Assembly: GCF_006345805.1 (NCBI RefSeq) | Contig: NC_043010.1 | Coordinates: 28,706,001-28,770,000, forward strand | Direction: 5' to 3' | From: Octopus sinensis | Taxonomy: Eukaryota | DNA length: 64,000 nucleotides | Shown: positions 37,504 to 49,990 of the stretch, piece by piece | Layout: each line of letters starts with the position of its first letter | Numbering within the stretch: position 1 is the stretch's first letter | Program-made: the position numbers and the translations under genes | Notes under the pieces: generated by a model | The model's database searches: none | Seen by the model: the letters and a program-made list of their open reading frames with translations, nothing else | What the model was told of the DNA's origin: nothing

Positions 37504-37739
37504 TTATAAAATTTATGAATAAATGAAAGAATGGAGTTGAACGACAAATTAACAAATTTCCTTTATTTTCGACATGTTTCGAAGGCTGCATATTCCTAAT
37601 TGTGAAGGAATAAGGAGTACATTATGCCGCTTTCTCATCAGGAAAAACAAGGAATTTATGTCAACATCAAGATTCACAAAAACTTTTGTTGATTTGTCGT
37701 TCAACTCCATTCTTTCATTTATTCATAAATTTTATGAAA
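37503..37739. repeat. ~54-bp inverted repeat enclosing a hammerhead motif (Penelope-like terminus)
   Basis: 37503-37556 is the reverse complement of 37685-37739 with about 2 differences. Confidence 0.85.
37555..37657 (-). ncRNA. Type-I hammerhead ribozyme motif with extended helix II
   Basis: Minus strand: ttccttgtttttc CTGATGA gaaagcggcata...tatgcagccttc GAAA catgT C gaaaataaaggaa, with a GUC cleavage triplet. Confidence 0.75.
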
Positions 37740-38075
37740 ATACACACAAATTTCCACACGAAAACACGTAGTCTCTGCCCATGGCACATAACTTCAACCG
37801 TGTTATTTCTGATGTGAATTTGCTACCCAGGTATCGGTTAAACGAATTATCCATAAAAAGATATTTCATTTTTCTACTCGTATATATATATATATATACA
37901 TATCCATATCTCTCTTCTTATCTCCAACTTTGCATGCTGACTCTCATACAATCACTCCCATAGATGTAAGTGTGTGTGTATGTATATATATATACCTACA
38001 CATCTACACATTCGTACATAAATACACATATTTTTAATAATAAATTCATACAAATATACACAGACCTGGACTTAT

Positions 38076-38146
<71 letters not shown>

Positions 38147-39129
38147 AATGAGTAGATACTTTCATGGTCTATAGAGATGTAGGTGGGCACCCGTACATAT
38201 AAATAGCACAATCCAACTAGAAGTTTACTGAATTATTATTAATTATTCACAATACTATTATTTGATAGTGCTGGGTCTAGAGATTATGTATATACATATA
38301 TAGAGAAAGAGAGATAAAGAGAGGTACAACCAGAGACTCATACTTATATATATAGAGAGTAAAGGGAAAAATATATATACACAGGATACTTAGGTAGGGT
38401 GTGTATATGTGAGTATGTATCCAACCACTTAATACTAAAGGTCAGCTTAAGAAGTTCACATGTGTAGCCAACCATGAAGAACAGATCAGAGATACAATCA
38501 AATAGCAGACCAATCCCATTTGAATGCCAGCCAGTACCATCTTCTACCATTCATAGCAGTCCAACAAACACTATCTGTGGCTTCTGAAGTCATTTGACTT
38601 CTATCTCTACCAAAGCTGATATTCTCCCAGTACCACCATATCATTTTAACTTGGCAGCACTGTTCACTCTTTAGTTAACCACTAGTATTATTAATTTTAT
38701 TATTAATAATATACTTATATATTTATTTGTAAATTATTCACTTAGTTTGTCTATGTATGTGCCTTGGGCCATCAAACGAACAAGCAAGCATGGTGAGGAG
38801 AATACGTTTAAATTTCACTTCTCTTACGTAAGTTTAACTGAAGATGGGATAAGAATATTTAATTCAGAGCCCAAAATTGGTATTAAGCTATCTGCTATTT
38901 CCTCTACAACCTCTGCAAAGGTAGGAGCCTAATTTTTATTCCTTGCCCGATTTTCACCATGCTTGTTCATAAAGTGAGCTATCTGTGTATTCCGAAGTCA
39001 TTTGACTTCTATTTCTATCAAATGCTGGAGCACCATTGTATTTTTACACTTTTACATATGATTCTTTATTGACTGATTTCTTCAGGGTGGTGGGATTTCA
39101 TATTACCACCCCTGTATGTGCCTTTACTT

Positions 39130-39790
39130 TGGTCATTAGCACCTTTAGTATATGAGGGAGTTTGATTCTGCTGCCTTCATCTGTACCTCTTGCTGGGCTG
39201 TTAATTCATCCAGTATTGTTGAAAGGAGAATGTCCAGTTCCTTTTTGAAGACATCCACATCTACATTGTGTAGGTTTCTTAGGACATTGAAGAGCTGTTG
39301 CAGTATCCCATCCTCACTTTTGGACAGTATCCTTGGTACAATACAATGGCACCCAGTTCAGGCTCAATGCTGAAATTAGGTACTAACCCTTCTAGAATTT
39401 TCCATATGTAATTATTACATATCTATCATGTCTTCACTCTAGGGAATAAGGTCATAGTTTTTCAGCCTTTCCCTGTAACCCATCTGCTGCACTGTTCCAA
39501 TATTTTAGTGTAGTGACACTGAACCACATCAAGCTCCATTGTTAGTTGGGTGTGCTGTGTTGACCACAGCTGAGAGCAGTAGTCCAGGCAACTGAGAACA
39601 AAGGTCCTCCACAGGGCTAGGACGACTTCTTGATTTCTTATCTTGAAGGACCGTATTATCCATCCTGCCTGTTGTTTGTATTTTGGTGCCATCTTGGTAA
39701 TATGCATATGAAATGATGCATCATTACACATACTGATCCCCAAGTATCTCACTGCTTGTGACTCTGGGATTGCTGTGCCTTTGAGTCCTC
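39130..39790 (-). mobile_element. CR1/L2-group LINE remnant (end of the RT domain and C-terminus)
   Basis: RYLGI...GWIIRSF...LWRTFVLSCLDYCSQLWS...LDVVQCHYTKI and a downstream VFKKELDILL. Confidence 0.8.
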
Positions 39791-41912
39791 TCTGTGTGTG
39801 TGTGTGTGTAGATTAAAGCACAAATGAAAAGGCAAATGGTTTGGCAAAACTTAACAAGGGCATTTAATTTAGCTATATAATAAAACGGTTTGCATAGAAA
39901 CACAGCTGTTTCTAGAATATCCCAGCTATTGGATCATCGTGTCAAGCAAGGATTCTATCGGCCAGAGTATTCCATCATCAGAGAGAAATAGGTTAAATGT
40001 GTAACAGTGGAAGAATATTCCTCATCAATGATATTATTGTGGCTCGTTTTGTCTAGAAAGGGAGGAAAAATTTAACTAAACGTTCAATTAAGATAGGTAT
40101 TCGTTAGGTAAATCCATGAACAATTGAAGAAAATTGATGATGTCTATTTACAGAACTAAAACAGAGAGAATGGTTTGATTGAATTCCATGGTGAGGGAAA
40201 ATGGATGTTAGCAATTCCAATGTTGGATAGATACTCGTATATGTGTGTGTGTGTGTGTATACACATACACACATATATATGTATATATATATACATACTA
40301 CATACATATATATTGCTTGTGATATAAAAAAAGTTATTTTTATGCCTGGATGCACATTCTATAACTAACCACTCGACTGTGAAATTGGTAGTGGAGCTTG
40401 TATTTTTTTCTTTATTTTTTCAATCAAAGTTGAATTACAGTTACAGCAGTGAAATTTAGTAATTATTCCTTTATATGTTTCCCTCTCTCTACTGAGTAGA
40501 GGTTTATGTCTTTTGCCCCTGTTGGGTTTATAAAAATATTACAAATGTAAAACTCACTTGCTATGATTCAAAGCCAACCTTGAAAACAAGCATGAAGGAA
40601 AGAAACCAGCAAATTGTCTACATGAGTCAAATTTCCCTCAAATCATACCCTGTTGTTTGGGGGGAAAGAAACAAATACATTAGCTAATGTAATCCTAGAT
40701 GTACATCCAAATAGTGGACTTAGTGAGGATCATGGCTTGACTATCTTTGGTCATGGGGGTCAGGGATAAACTAGGAATACAATATTAACTACAGTATGGA
40801 AAATAAAGCTTCTTCTTGGTTGCTCAACTTGCTAGAAACAGCAGTCAACTCTCCCTCATATCCTGTCTTGTCATCATCACCATTGTTTTAATATCTAACT
40901 TTCTATGCTTGTATGGGTCATTTGAGAATATGTTAGGGCAGAGTTTTTTACAACTGGACGCCCTTCCTAATGCTCACCCTCCACCTGTTTCCAAGAGAGA
41001 AAAATCTCCCTGTCTATTGCACAACAAACAGCTCAGGTTTGTTAACACATAGAGCTGGAAACAAAAGGGCACCATATGAATGATCTATTTGTTTACAGAG
41101 ATTGCACAACATTCCAAGTCATGTCAAGAGGCTTGGATATTCTTTCACAGTGGACTGTAAAGAAATGACAGTCTGACACCATCAGCATGGTCAAAGCGGA
41201 TACATGTGAAGATGAAGGAAACAAAAAACTTCCTCTCCTCCCCCACACATAATAATGAGGGGCTACCGAATCTACTTGCCAAGCTTTGATTGACCTGGGC
41301 TATAGTAGAAGATCATTGCCCAAGTTGCCATGCAGTGGAACTGAACCTGAAACCATGATTGAGAAGTAAACTTCTTGACCACATAGCCATGCTTGTGCTT
41401 CAGAAAAATTGACCATGTCATAACTGAGATATTTTTTGATTTTTATGTTTTAATTAGGAGGGGATATAGTTCCCATAAGCCTCTACAGGGTCTCCTAGAC
41501 TGATAGGAGGTGTTGGGGGCCAAAGAAAGGGAAAGTATCTTCAAATTGAATACCTGGCCCTAATGTTTGCTAAGGAGTGGACTGTAAAATTTACCCTAGT
41601 AGCCAGATAATAATGTTTAACCAGGTGACCATAACTCTGCTAGAGCTAACTTGGAGGCTTGGATAACAGCAGCAATATGGAAAATGTATGTAAAATAGTA
41701 TTTTCTCTCATTTGTTTTTATAGCTGGATAACTTCCTCTCACTTGACCACTCACTAGTGAAATTGGAGTGGTACCTGTTTGTTAATCAAGTAAACCTGAG
41801 ACAAGAAGTATCCTGTGTTTGGAGTATTATATATATATATGTAATTATAAATGTTTTATTATGTATCATATAATATTTTAGTTGCTATTTATTTATTTAT
41901 TTATCTTTTCAG

Positions 41913-42611
41913 ATATGTAAGAAAGCTTTTTCACGGAAAGACCATCTGAACAAACATGAGCGCACCCATGCAGGCGAGAAACAACACAAATGCACAGTTT
42001 GTGGTAAGGAGTTCTCACAGCGAGCGCACCTTGAGAAACATCGCAGCACTCATGCACATTCACACAATGAGCTGCACAACCAGCAGCATCTTAACACCAC
42101 TGGTGCAACACTTCTACCAGCAGCCTCCCTCTCGTTGCAGCTGACAACACCACTGCCCAGCCTTACAACACAGCAACAACAGCAACAGCAACAACATCAG
42201 TCCACAACCGCAGTGGTTGCAGCTGCTGGCGTGAATTCCAACAATGCTAACCTGACTGCTAATGCTGCATGTCTGCACCACCAAATCGTAGCTTCGGGTA
42301 ACCAGCAACAGCAACAGCAGCAACAACAACAGCAACAACAGCAGCAGGGTTTGCAGGCAACAACAATGATTACATCAGCCCCTTTGGGCATTGTCACCAC
42401 AACTGGTTCATACCGGCTGGAGAACAGCTATGTATGGGCTGGAGGGTTACCAGTGGCCACAACATGGAATGCTGGCTGTGCGGTGGGGACGACAAATAGT
42501 TCAATGCCTTGCTACACAGTTGGCCAAATCAAGTGTGAGTACCCTGATTCTGCTGAAGACTTCCAGACAGCCTTGCAGTATGGCACCAACTTGGACTACA
42601 TATCTTTATAG
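41913..42611 (+). CDS. C2H2 zinc-finger transcription factor, last coding exon (aa 204-435): rest of finger 5, finger 6, Q8 and Q15 tracts, C-terminus
   Basis: T-rich tract followed by TTTTCAG acceptor (AG 41911-41912). It translates [47 protein letters not shown]..., which completes FQCQ|ICKK as C-x2-C, is in frame with ORF 42135..42611, and ends in TAG. Confidence 0.9.
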   Translation: MCKKAFSRKDHLNKHERTHAGEKQHKCTVCGKEFSQRAHLEKHRSTHAHSHNELHNQQHLNTTGATLLPAASLSLQLTTPLPSLTTQQQQQQQQHQSTTAVVAAAGVNSNNANLTANAACLHHQIVASGNQQQQQQQQQQQQQQQGLQATTMITSAPLGIVTTTGSYRLENSYVWAGGLPVATTWNAGCAVGTTNSSMPCYTVGQIKCEYPDSAEDFQTALQYGTNLDYISL

Positions 42612-43655
42612 TCTCTCCCTCTTCCCTCTCTCGCGCTCTCTCACTCTCTCCCCCTTCTGTTTAAATTTTCTATTCTTTTTTAAAATTTTTTTATACAAAT
42701 CACAGTAGTTTTACAGCAATCACAACAACAACAAAAAATGGAATTAAACTTCCCTTTCCTGCAGGTTGGCAGGGAGAAAAAAAAAATTTTTAAATTGATG
42801 AAATTATAAAACCCAATCCTAACAAAACTACGAAATTCCCCCCACCCACCACTACCACAAAAAAAAAAAAAACTACAACATTCACAAATAAAAAAAGTAT
42901 TGAATCAATGTAAAACAAACAAATTTGAAGGAAAATAACTGGAAAAAATCCAAAATAACAACAAAAAACATGAAAGAAAAACAAAACAAAATACCGTCCG
43001 GCGTCTCTGTCTAATGTTTTTTAATTGATCTTCGTTAAAGCCAATTATATCCTCCTGTGTTACAACAACTACTACTACTACCACGACAACTACCACTATT
43101 ACTACTACTGTTGTTATTGAGGACAGGCTGCTGTTTTATATTTTTATTTCTTTATTTTTTTTTTGTTTGTCTTTTGCAGCTCTCCTGGACAACAATCATC
43201 TCAAAAACCCTTCCCCACCATCACCATGACCCTATCAACACAACCACCACCACAGCCTCACATCACCTTTAATCATCTTTTACCTTCCCTTTTGTTTTGT
43301 TATTGTTGCCATGGTTGAGACACAAACACACATGCATGTACATAGTTTTGAGTTAGCTGATGCCGTTGATCTGAAATTCCTGACTTTGTACATCTAATGA
43401 TGACACATTTCTTCGGTCAGCCTTGCTGAAAGTTCTGCCATGGCTCACTGATGAAGTTCTATCATTGCACATGGAAAGGTAGAGTATCAACCTGATGGCA
43501 TCATTTCTACATGCATATTGTGCATTGTTTGTTTATCTTTGGTTGGTGATCTACAGAGGGCAATGACTACCACTACACCACCCAACAGCACATACAGATG
43601 CCACCAAAAGCATTGCACTACCATTACCATCATCATCATACACTATCAGACAAGT

Positions 43656-43722
<67 letters not shown>

Positions 43723-44900
43723 CCTTTTTTCCTCTCCACTTTATATTTTCAAACCCTATCACATCTTTAAGCTTGCAATCTTTGACTTTCCTTTTCATTG
43801 TTACTTTATGATATTGATAACATCTGAAAGAAAATACTTCATCATTCACCTTTGGTGAATGTAAATCAGTTCATCATCTCCTGGCTTCCAGCTTTAACTT
43901 CTCTCTCTTATTCCATAACCAGCTAGAAGTTCTTTCTGCTCCTCTCATATCCTCTACAAGCTACCTTTTACCCTTTTCTTCTTTTTCCAGTGGCTGTAAG
44001 CACACATACTGGCTGGGCAGGGAGTCCTCTACAGCCAACGAATGTATTCAGTTCTCTCCTTCAGATAGTCATACTTAGTACACTATACCTATTCTTCCTA
44101 TCTGTCTATATATATATATTTCAAATTTTGTTTCTTGCTATTCTGGATATCGCATAAAAGAAAGAAAAGCAATCACTTTGATTTGAAGACATGCAAGAAA
44201 GTGCAAACCATGCAAAACAAAATCCAAACTAAAATTTCAGACATGAAAATCAACAAACGTTTACAATATTATGAACATTATCCTTAAGACACAGATGAAC
44301 ACGAAGATGGTTGGGTAGGTTAAATGTGGTCTTGATATTGTTCTACGAAAATGACTACAACAACGATGACGACAACAACAGCAACAGTAGCAATAACAAC
44401 AAAAGTCATTTCAACTTCCAGATCTTTCCTTTTTATATTCTATTATTTTAATATATTTTTAATATTTTTTTGCATCATGAGTGATTTTTAAAAAATTGTT
44501 TTTAATTTTTTTTTGTGTGTGTGTGTGTGTGTATTATGTTGGGGGGGGGCAGACTGGGGGGAGGGAGTTTTCCAAAAAAAAAATTGAGATTTTGAGGGGT
44601 GGGGATTGATTTCTTCATTTTTATTTATTTTATTTGATTTTTATTTTTCAAAAATTTGCATTACATTTTTTTTCTCCATCTTTTCATCATCAAACATGAA
44701 CAATAACAGCATCTTTGCATCTTTTTTTAATTTTCAATTATCTTCATATCAGTAGTCAATAATGAAACATCATTCCTATCATCTCATTATCTCCATCTTT
44801 GATTCTAATAACTTCTGAAAGACCTTTTTTTAAATGTCTTTGACCATAGAAATAGTAAATACCAGTTCAGAAGGTTTTTCTTTTTTTTTATGAAAGAGTA
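42612..44900 (+). other. Proximal 3' UTR of the zinc-finger gene (true end undetermined)
   Basis: Unique, low-complexity, SINE-free sequence directly after the stop codon. No donor/acceptor pair was identified. Confidence 0.55.
43661..43717. repeat. (CT)n microsatellite in the probable 3' UTR
   Basis: Perfect dinucleotide run. Confidence 0.95.
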
Positions 44901-46519
44901 TAAGATCTTTTGGGGTTACTTAAAGTTTCTTTAAATCTTTCGTCTTTACAATTTAAGCTGTGTATGTGTGTAAATGAAGATCTGAAATTTTGGCCTAGTT
45001 TGGTTGTTTATTGATCTTGTCATCAGTATTGAAGGTGGTGGTAACAAACCATTGACTTACAGTTTGTCAGCCAAAACAGAGAATAGTGATGAAACTTAGA
45101 AGGTGGTTGATGCACCAAGAGGTGATAACTGAACCGACAGGATAAAGTGTAGACAGAGAAGGACATACATGATAAACAGTAGTTGGACAAACAAGCCAAA
45201 TAAGGTCTAGTCAGATAGACACACTGAGTTGAGAGTAGTGAAAGATATTAAGAAAAAATACAGGCAGATAGAATAAGACAAAGTCTGCTGTCAGTTGGAA
45301 CATGATGGGGGAATAATTGAAGAGACAAAGACAAGAGATTAATCAGATTGGGGTGGGGGGATATAGTTGTTATAAATACAAATAATGAGGGACCATTTGG
45401 GTGGATAATAGTCGAATTAGAGGAATGAAGGTTCATGACCACATGATTAGGGTTTTCAGCTTATGTATCAAGTTGTGGGATTAATCCCTGGATCAGACAT
45501 CACTTAGTGTCCTTGAGCAAGGCACTTCATCTTGTGTTAGTCCAGTCTAGTCAGCTGTAAATGAGTACTGACCAGATGCTGATTCATCTCTCTCCCTCAA
45601 TTTGTCACATCTTGGATGTGTTGCTAGGCCAAGGGTAAGGGGCCAAAAGAGTGTCTGTGTCTGCCCATGACTACATAGAGACCTAAACCAATTAGCAAAA
45701 TCATGGTAAATGTTACCAAACCATATCCACTTATGAGTGATGACTGGTTGTACTGCATTGGGTGGATGAGCTGGACAAAACAGGGAGTTGGGCAGACCAA
45801 CAAATGAAAAGGGACCAGTTCTACTGATAGATAAACTAACTGATAATATAGTAGATAGTGGAGCAAGGGAAATAAAATGTTGGGCAGGTAAACAGGAAAA
45901 CCAAGAAAGGGATCAATAAATATAAATTGGACCAATAAATAGACAAGAGAGGAATTACACAGGAAGGGGCTGATGAAGGTGGGGTTAGTCTGACACAACT
46001 GACAAAATATCAAAATTAAAATGATAGACAAAGACAAACAACTAAATTAATTTGTTGATGAAATCCACTATTCTGCCAGAGTATCCCTTTGGTTGACTGA
46101 ATTTCTGTATCGTCCTAAACTGTGGTGTATTTCCTTTTACTTCTGTGCCTTCCCCATCTAGTTTAACAATAACAATGATGATGATGACTGATGATGATAA
46201 ACATCACATTCCTCTCTTAGTATTTTACTCTTTTCATGTGGACTGTTTCTCCATTATTTATACTGCAATTTATTTTACTTTCCTTAAATATTGCTGCTGG
46301 TACAACTTACTGCTACTACAACTACTACTACCAATAAAATTGCTGCTGCTGTGATAGATATTATTAGTATTAGTATTATGGTGAGACATGACAGCCAGGT
46401 GATCGTAGACAACCCTCACAACAACACACACATACACACATACTCAGTGTTTTGTCCTGTGCTGTCCTTAATGTTTTTCTTAATGTAAACTTTTTGTAGT
46501 TAAAGAAATTATTATTTTT

Positions 46520-49500
46520 AAAGTGGTAAACTGGCAAAATCATTAGAACATCAGAAAAAATGCTTTGTAATATTTGTCCTGGTACTTTACATTCTGAGTT
46601 CAAATTCCTCCTACAACAATTTTGCCTTTCATTCCTCTTTAGTTGTGGTAATCGACTGACCAACTCCCCTTAAAATTGCTGGCCTTGTGCCTGAATCAGA
46701 AATTGTTATTATTACGTGGAACAGCCAGCTAACAGAATTGTTAGTGTTCCAAAAAAAAAATGCCTTGTAGTATTTGTTCTGACTTTACATTTTGAGTTCA
46801 AGTCCTGTTTAGGTCAGCTTTGCCTTCCATCTCTTCAGTACTTAATGAAATAAACTACTAGTTAAGTATTGGGTTGATGTAATCAACACCCTCCCCCCAA
46901 ATTTTTGGACTTGTGCCTAAATTAGTGTCTAAATTAGAAACAGCTATTATTATTATTAAGGTGGTATCCTAGCAAAATCGTTTACATGTTGAACAAAATG
47001 TTAGTGGCAGTTCACCCATCGCTACATTCCGAGTTGAAATTCTGCTGAGGTTGACTTTGCCTTTCATCCTTTTAGGGTCAGTAAATTAAATACCAGCGAA
47101 ACACTGAGGTGAGTGTAATCAACTAGTCCCCTCCCCCTAAATTTCAGGCCTTGTGCCTTTTGTAGAAGGGGTTATTATTATTATTAAAGCAATAGATTGA
47201 CAGAATCAGCTGAGTGATGGGCAAAAGGCTTTGATCATATTTAGTTCTGGGTCTTTATGTTCTGAGTTCAAATCCTGCTGAGATCAACTTTGCCCTTCAT
47301 CCCTCAAGATTCAATAAAATAGAGTACCAGTCAAGTACTGGGGTTGATGCAATCAACTGTACTCTTCTCTGAAAACTGCTGGCTTACATTAGAAGCTATA
47401 GGCATTTCATCGATCTCTATGTTCTGAGTTCAATTTCTGCTGAAGTTGACTTTACTTTTTACCCTTTCAGGGTCCATAAAGTAAGTACTAGTTGAGCACT
47501 GGGGTCAATGTAATTGACTTGCACTCCCCTCTAAAAGTTTCGGGTCTTGTGCCTATAATAAAAAGGATTATTATTATTACAGAACAATGGATAAAATATT
47601 TTGCATTATTTAGTTATGTACCTTGTCCATTTGAGTTCAAAACACCATGTTAGTCCACTTAGTTATTCAATATTACTGTGGTTGATTTAATCATCTATAC
47701 CGCCTCCACCATTGTGCCTACATTAGATAAATTTATTAATATCATTACTCAGATTTTGGACCAGTAGAATTGGTAGATAAAATGCTTTGCAGTATTTATT
47801 TTATCAAACTCAGTACTTGACTAGTACTTATCAACTCCAGAGGAATCAGTAAAATAATGTACCAGTGACCATCCTGTTTCCCTCAAAATTGCTAGCTTTG
47901 TGCCTGAATTAGAAACAACTGTTATTATTATTAAGGTGACTAGCTGGCAGAATCATTAGCATGCTGGGTGAAATGCTTAGCAGCATTTCATCCGTCTACG
48001 TTCTGAGTTCAAATTCTGCTGAGGTTGACTTTACCATTCATCCTTTCGGGGTTGATAAAATAAGTACCAGTTGAGTACTGGGGGATCAGTGTAATCGACT
48101 AACCCCCTCCCTCAAATTTCAGGCTTTGTGCCTATATTAGAAAGGATTATCATTATTATTAAGGTGGTCCGCTGAAAGAATTGTTAGCGCACCGGGCAAA
48201 ATGCTTAGTGGCATTTTGTCTGTCTTTACATTCTGAGTTCAAATCCTGCTAAGATCAACTTTACCTGTCATCCTTTCAAGGTCATATGTCCCCCTAACTT
48301 GCTGACCTTGTGCCAAAATTTGAAACTATTGTTATTATTGATGACACTCACATAAAACTTGCAACCACCATACTAAAATACTTTATATTTAGATTTCAAG
48401 TTTATCCACATTCAAAGTTTAAATTCTGCTAAGATCAACATAGCCTTGGTTTCCCCCACCCTTCACAATCTGGGCTTGGTAATAATGTTGACTAAGGTGA
48501 AGTATTTTGTTTACATTGTTGCAAATATGTATGTAGCATATTCGTTATTATTGTTAAAGCAAATGTTTTTTACAACTGGATGTCTTCCCCATTCTCTACT
48601 GTCAAAACTATTATTTGATGTAGAGATGGAACCTGTTCTTGCTGTTTCAGACTGAGACAACCTCAGTGCTGTTGCCTTGCTTCAGGGATTTTCAAAATAT
48701 CAGCTGTTAGTAGTAAGGTTTCTACCTGATGATGATTGTACAATTGCCTCACATGAACTGTGCCTCCCTTTACTAACTACTACTAGTATTAATTATCATT
48801 AATAGTTATTAAAGCAACAGAATTATTGAAACTGGCTAAATTACTTTGGAGTTACATTCCTCTGAATTCAATTTGAAATCCCAAGCTAACTTTGACTTTT
48901 CATCTATTTTTTTTGAGTACCAGTAATATACAGGGCTCCATCCAATTAACTCTATCCCTCCACAACATATATATGACAGTGGTAGTAATGGTATATATCA
49001 TTACTATTACTAGTATGTAAAGCAAGAGTTGACCTCATACCTGACTTCAATCCCTGGTTGTGCCCTTCTCATTTTGTTTCTACAGATTCTTTTTAAAGAG
49101 TCTAAGTGTTAAACCTTTCCACTATGTTCAGTGCGTAATTTGAAGGTGTTTTATGATATTCCCTTTTTTTTTTATTTTGTTATAAATTTGTGACAACTGA
49201 CATAAAGTTTGCCTTTCATCTTTTCAGAGATGTAATGTTCTGACGTACCAGTCACATTCAAGGGTCAATTAGATCAGCTATACACTCCCTCTAAAATTTG
49301 TGGCCTTTTACCTATGTTAGAAATTATTATTATTATTATTATTATTAATATTTTATAAGTGTGGTGGATTAGCAGAATCGGTAAGTATGTCAGATAAATT
49401 GCTTTCTTAAAAATTCTGAGTTCAAATCCCACCGAGGTAAACTTTGTCATTCATCCTTCTGAGGTTGATAAAATAAAATACCTGTTAAGTCCTGGGGTCA

Positions 49501-49990
49501 ATTTAAGCAATTCTTCTTCCTTCCTTAGTGCCTAAGTTGTAAACAGTTATTATTAACAGAAAGTTGGAAATCTGACAGGTCTGTTACAATGTCAGAAAAA
49601 ATGCTTTTGCTGTACTTGTTCCAATTCTGTTCTGAGTTCATATGAAACATGCTGAAGTTAACTTTACCTTTCACCCTCCACTGTTAATAAAACAAAGTAC
49701 AGTCAAATGGTATTGACTCCCTCCCCTCAAAATTGTTGGCCCTGTGTCTAAATCAGAAACGATTATTATTATTATTAACAGAGAAGATTGTCAGAGTTTG
49801 TGAAGCACCAGACTAGATGCCTTACAATATTTAATTTTATCCCTTTATTGTTCTGATTCAAATCCTGTTGATGATTTTTTTTACCTTCCATCCCACCATG
49901 ACTGTTGTAATGACCATCAGTAATGTGCTGAGGGTTATTTTAATAAAAAAATCTTTTGTTTTGTGCCAACATAGAAATATCATCATCATC
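46520..49990 (+). mobile_element. Head-to-tail array of about 14-15 SINE family A copies and fragments
   Basis: Recurrent ttctgagttcaaat / actttgcctttcatcc / ggccttgtgcc motifs about every 200-230 bp, separated by (ATT)n. Confidence 0.85.

Larger units (their letters stand above)
4463..41912 (+). other. 37,450-nt GT-AG intron of the zinc-finger gene
   Basis: Canonical donor GTAAGT and acceptor TTTCAG. Splicing restores an intact finger in frame. Confidence 0.88.

Noticed and set aside
4463-41912. Array of alternative zinc-finger 3' exons (lola/mod(mdg4)-like) in the large intron
   Set aside because: No other exon encoding a half-finger or a C2H2 motif was seen in the intron or downstream, either in the ORF track or by reading.
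43441-43490. CTGATGA...GAAA in the 3' UTR as a hammerhead
   Set aside because: Helices II and III do not form and helix I is out of register.
48721-48760. CTGATGA motif
   Set aside because: No downstream GAAA or UH site with pairing helices.
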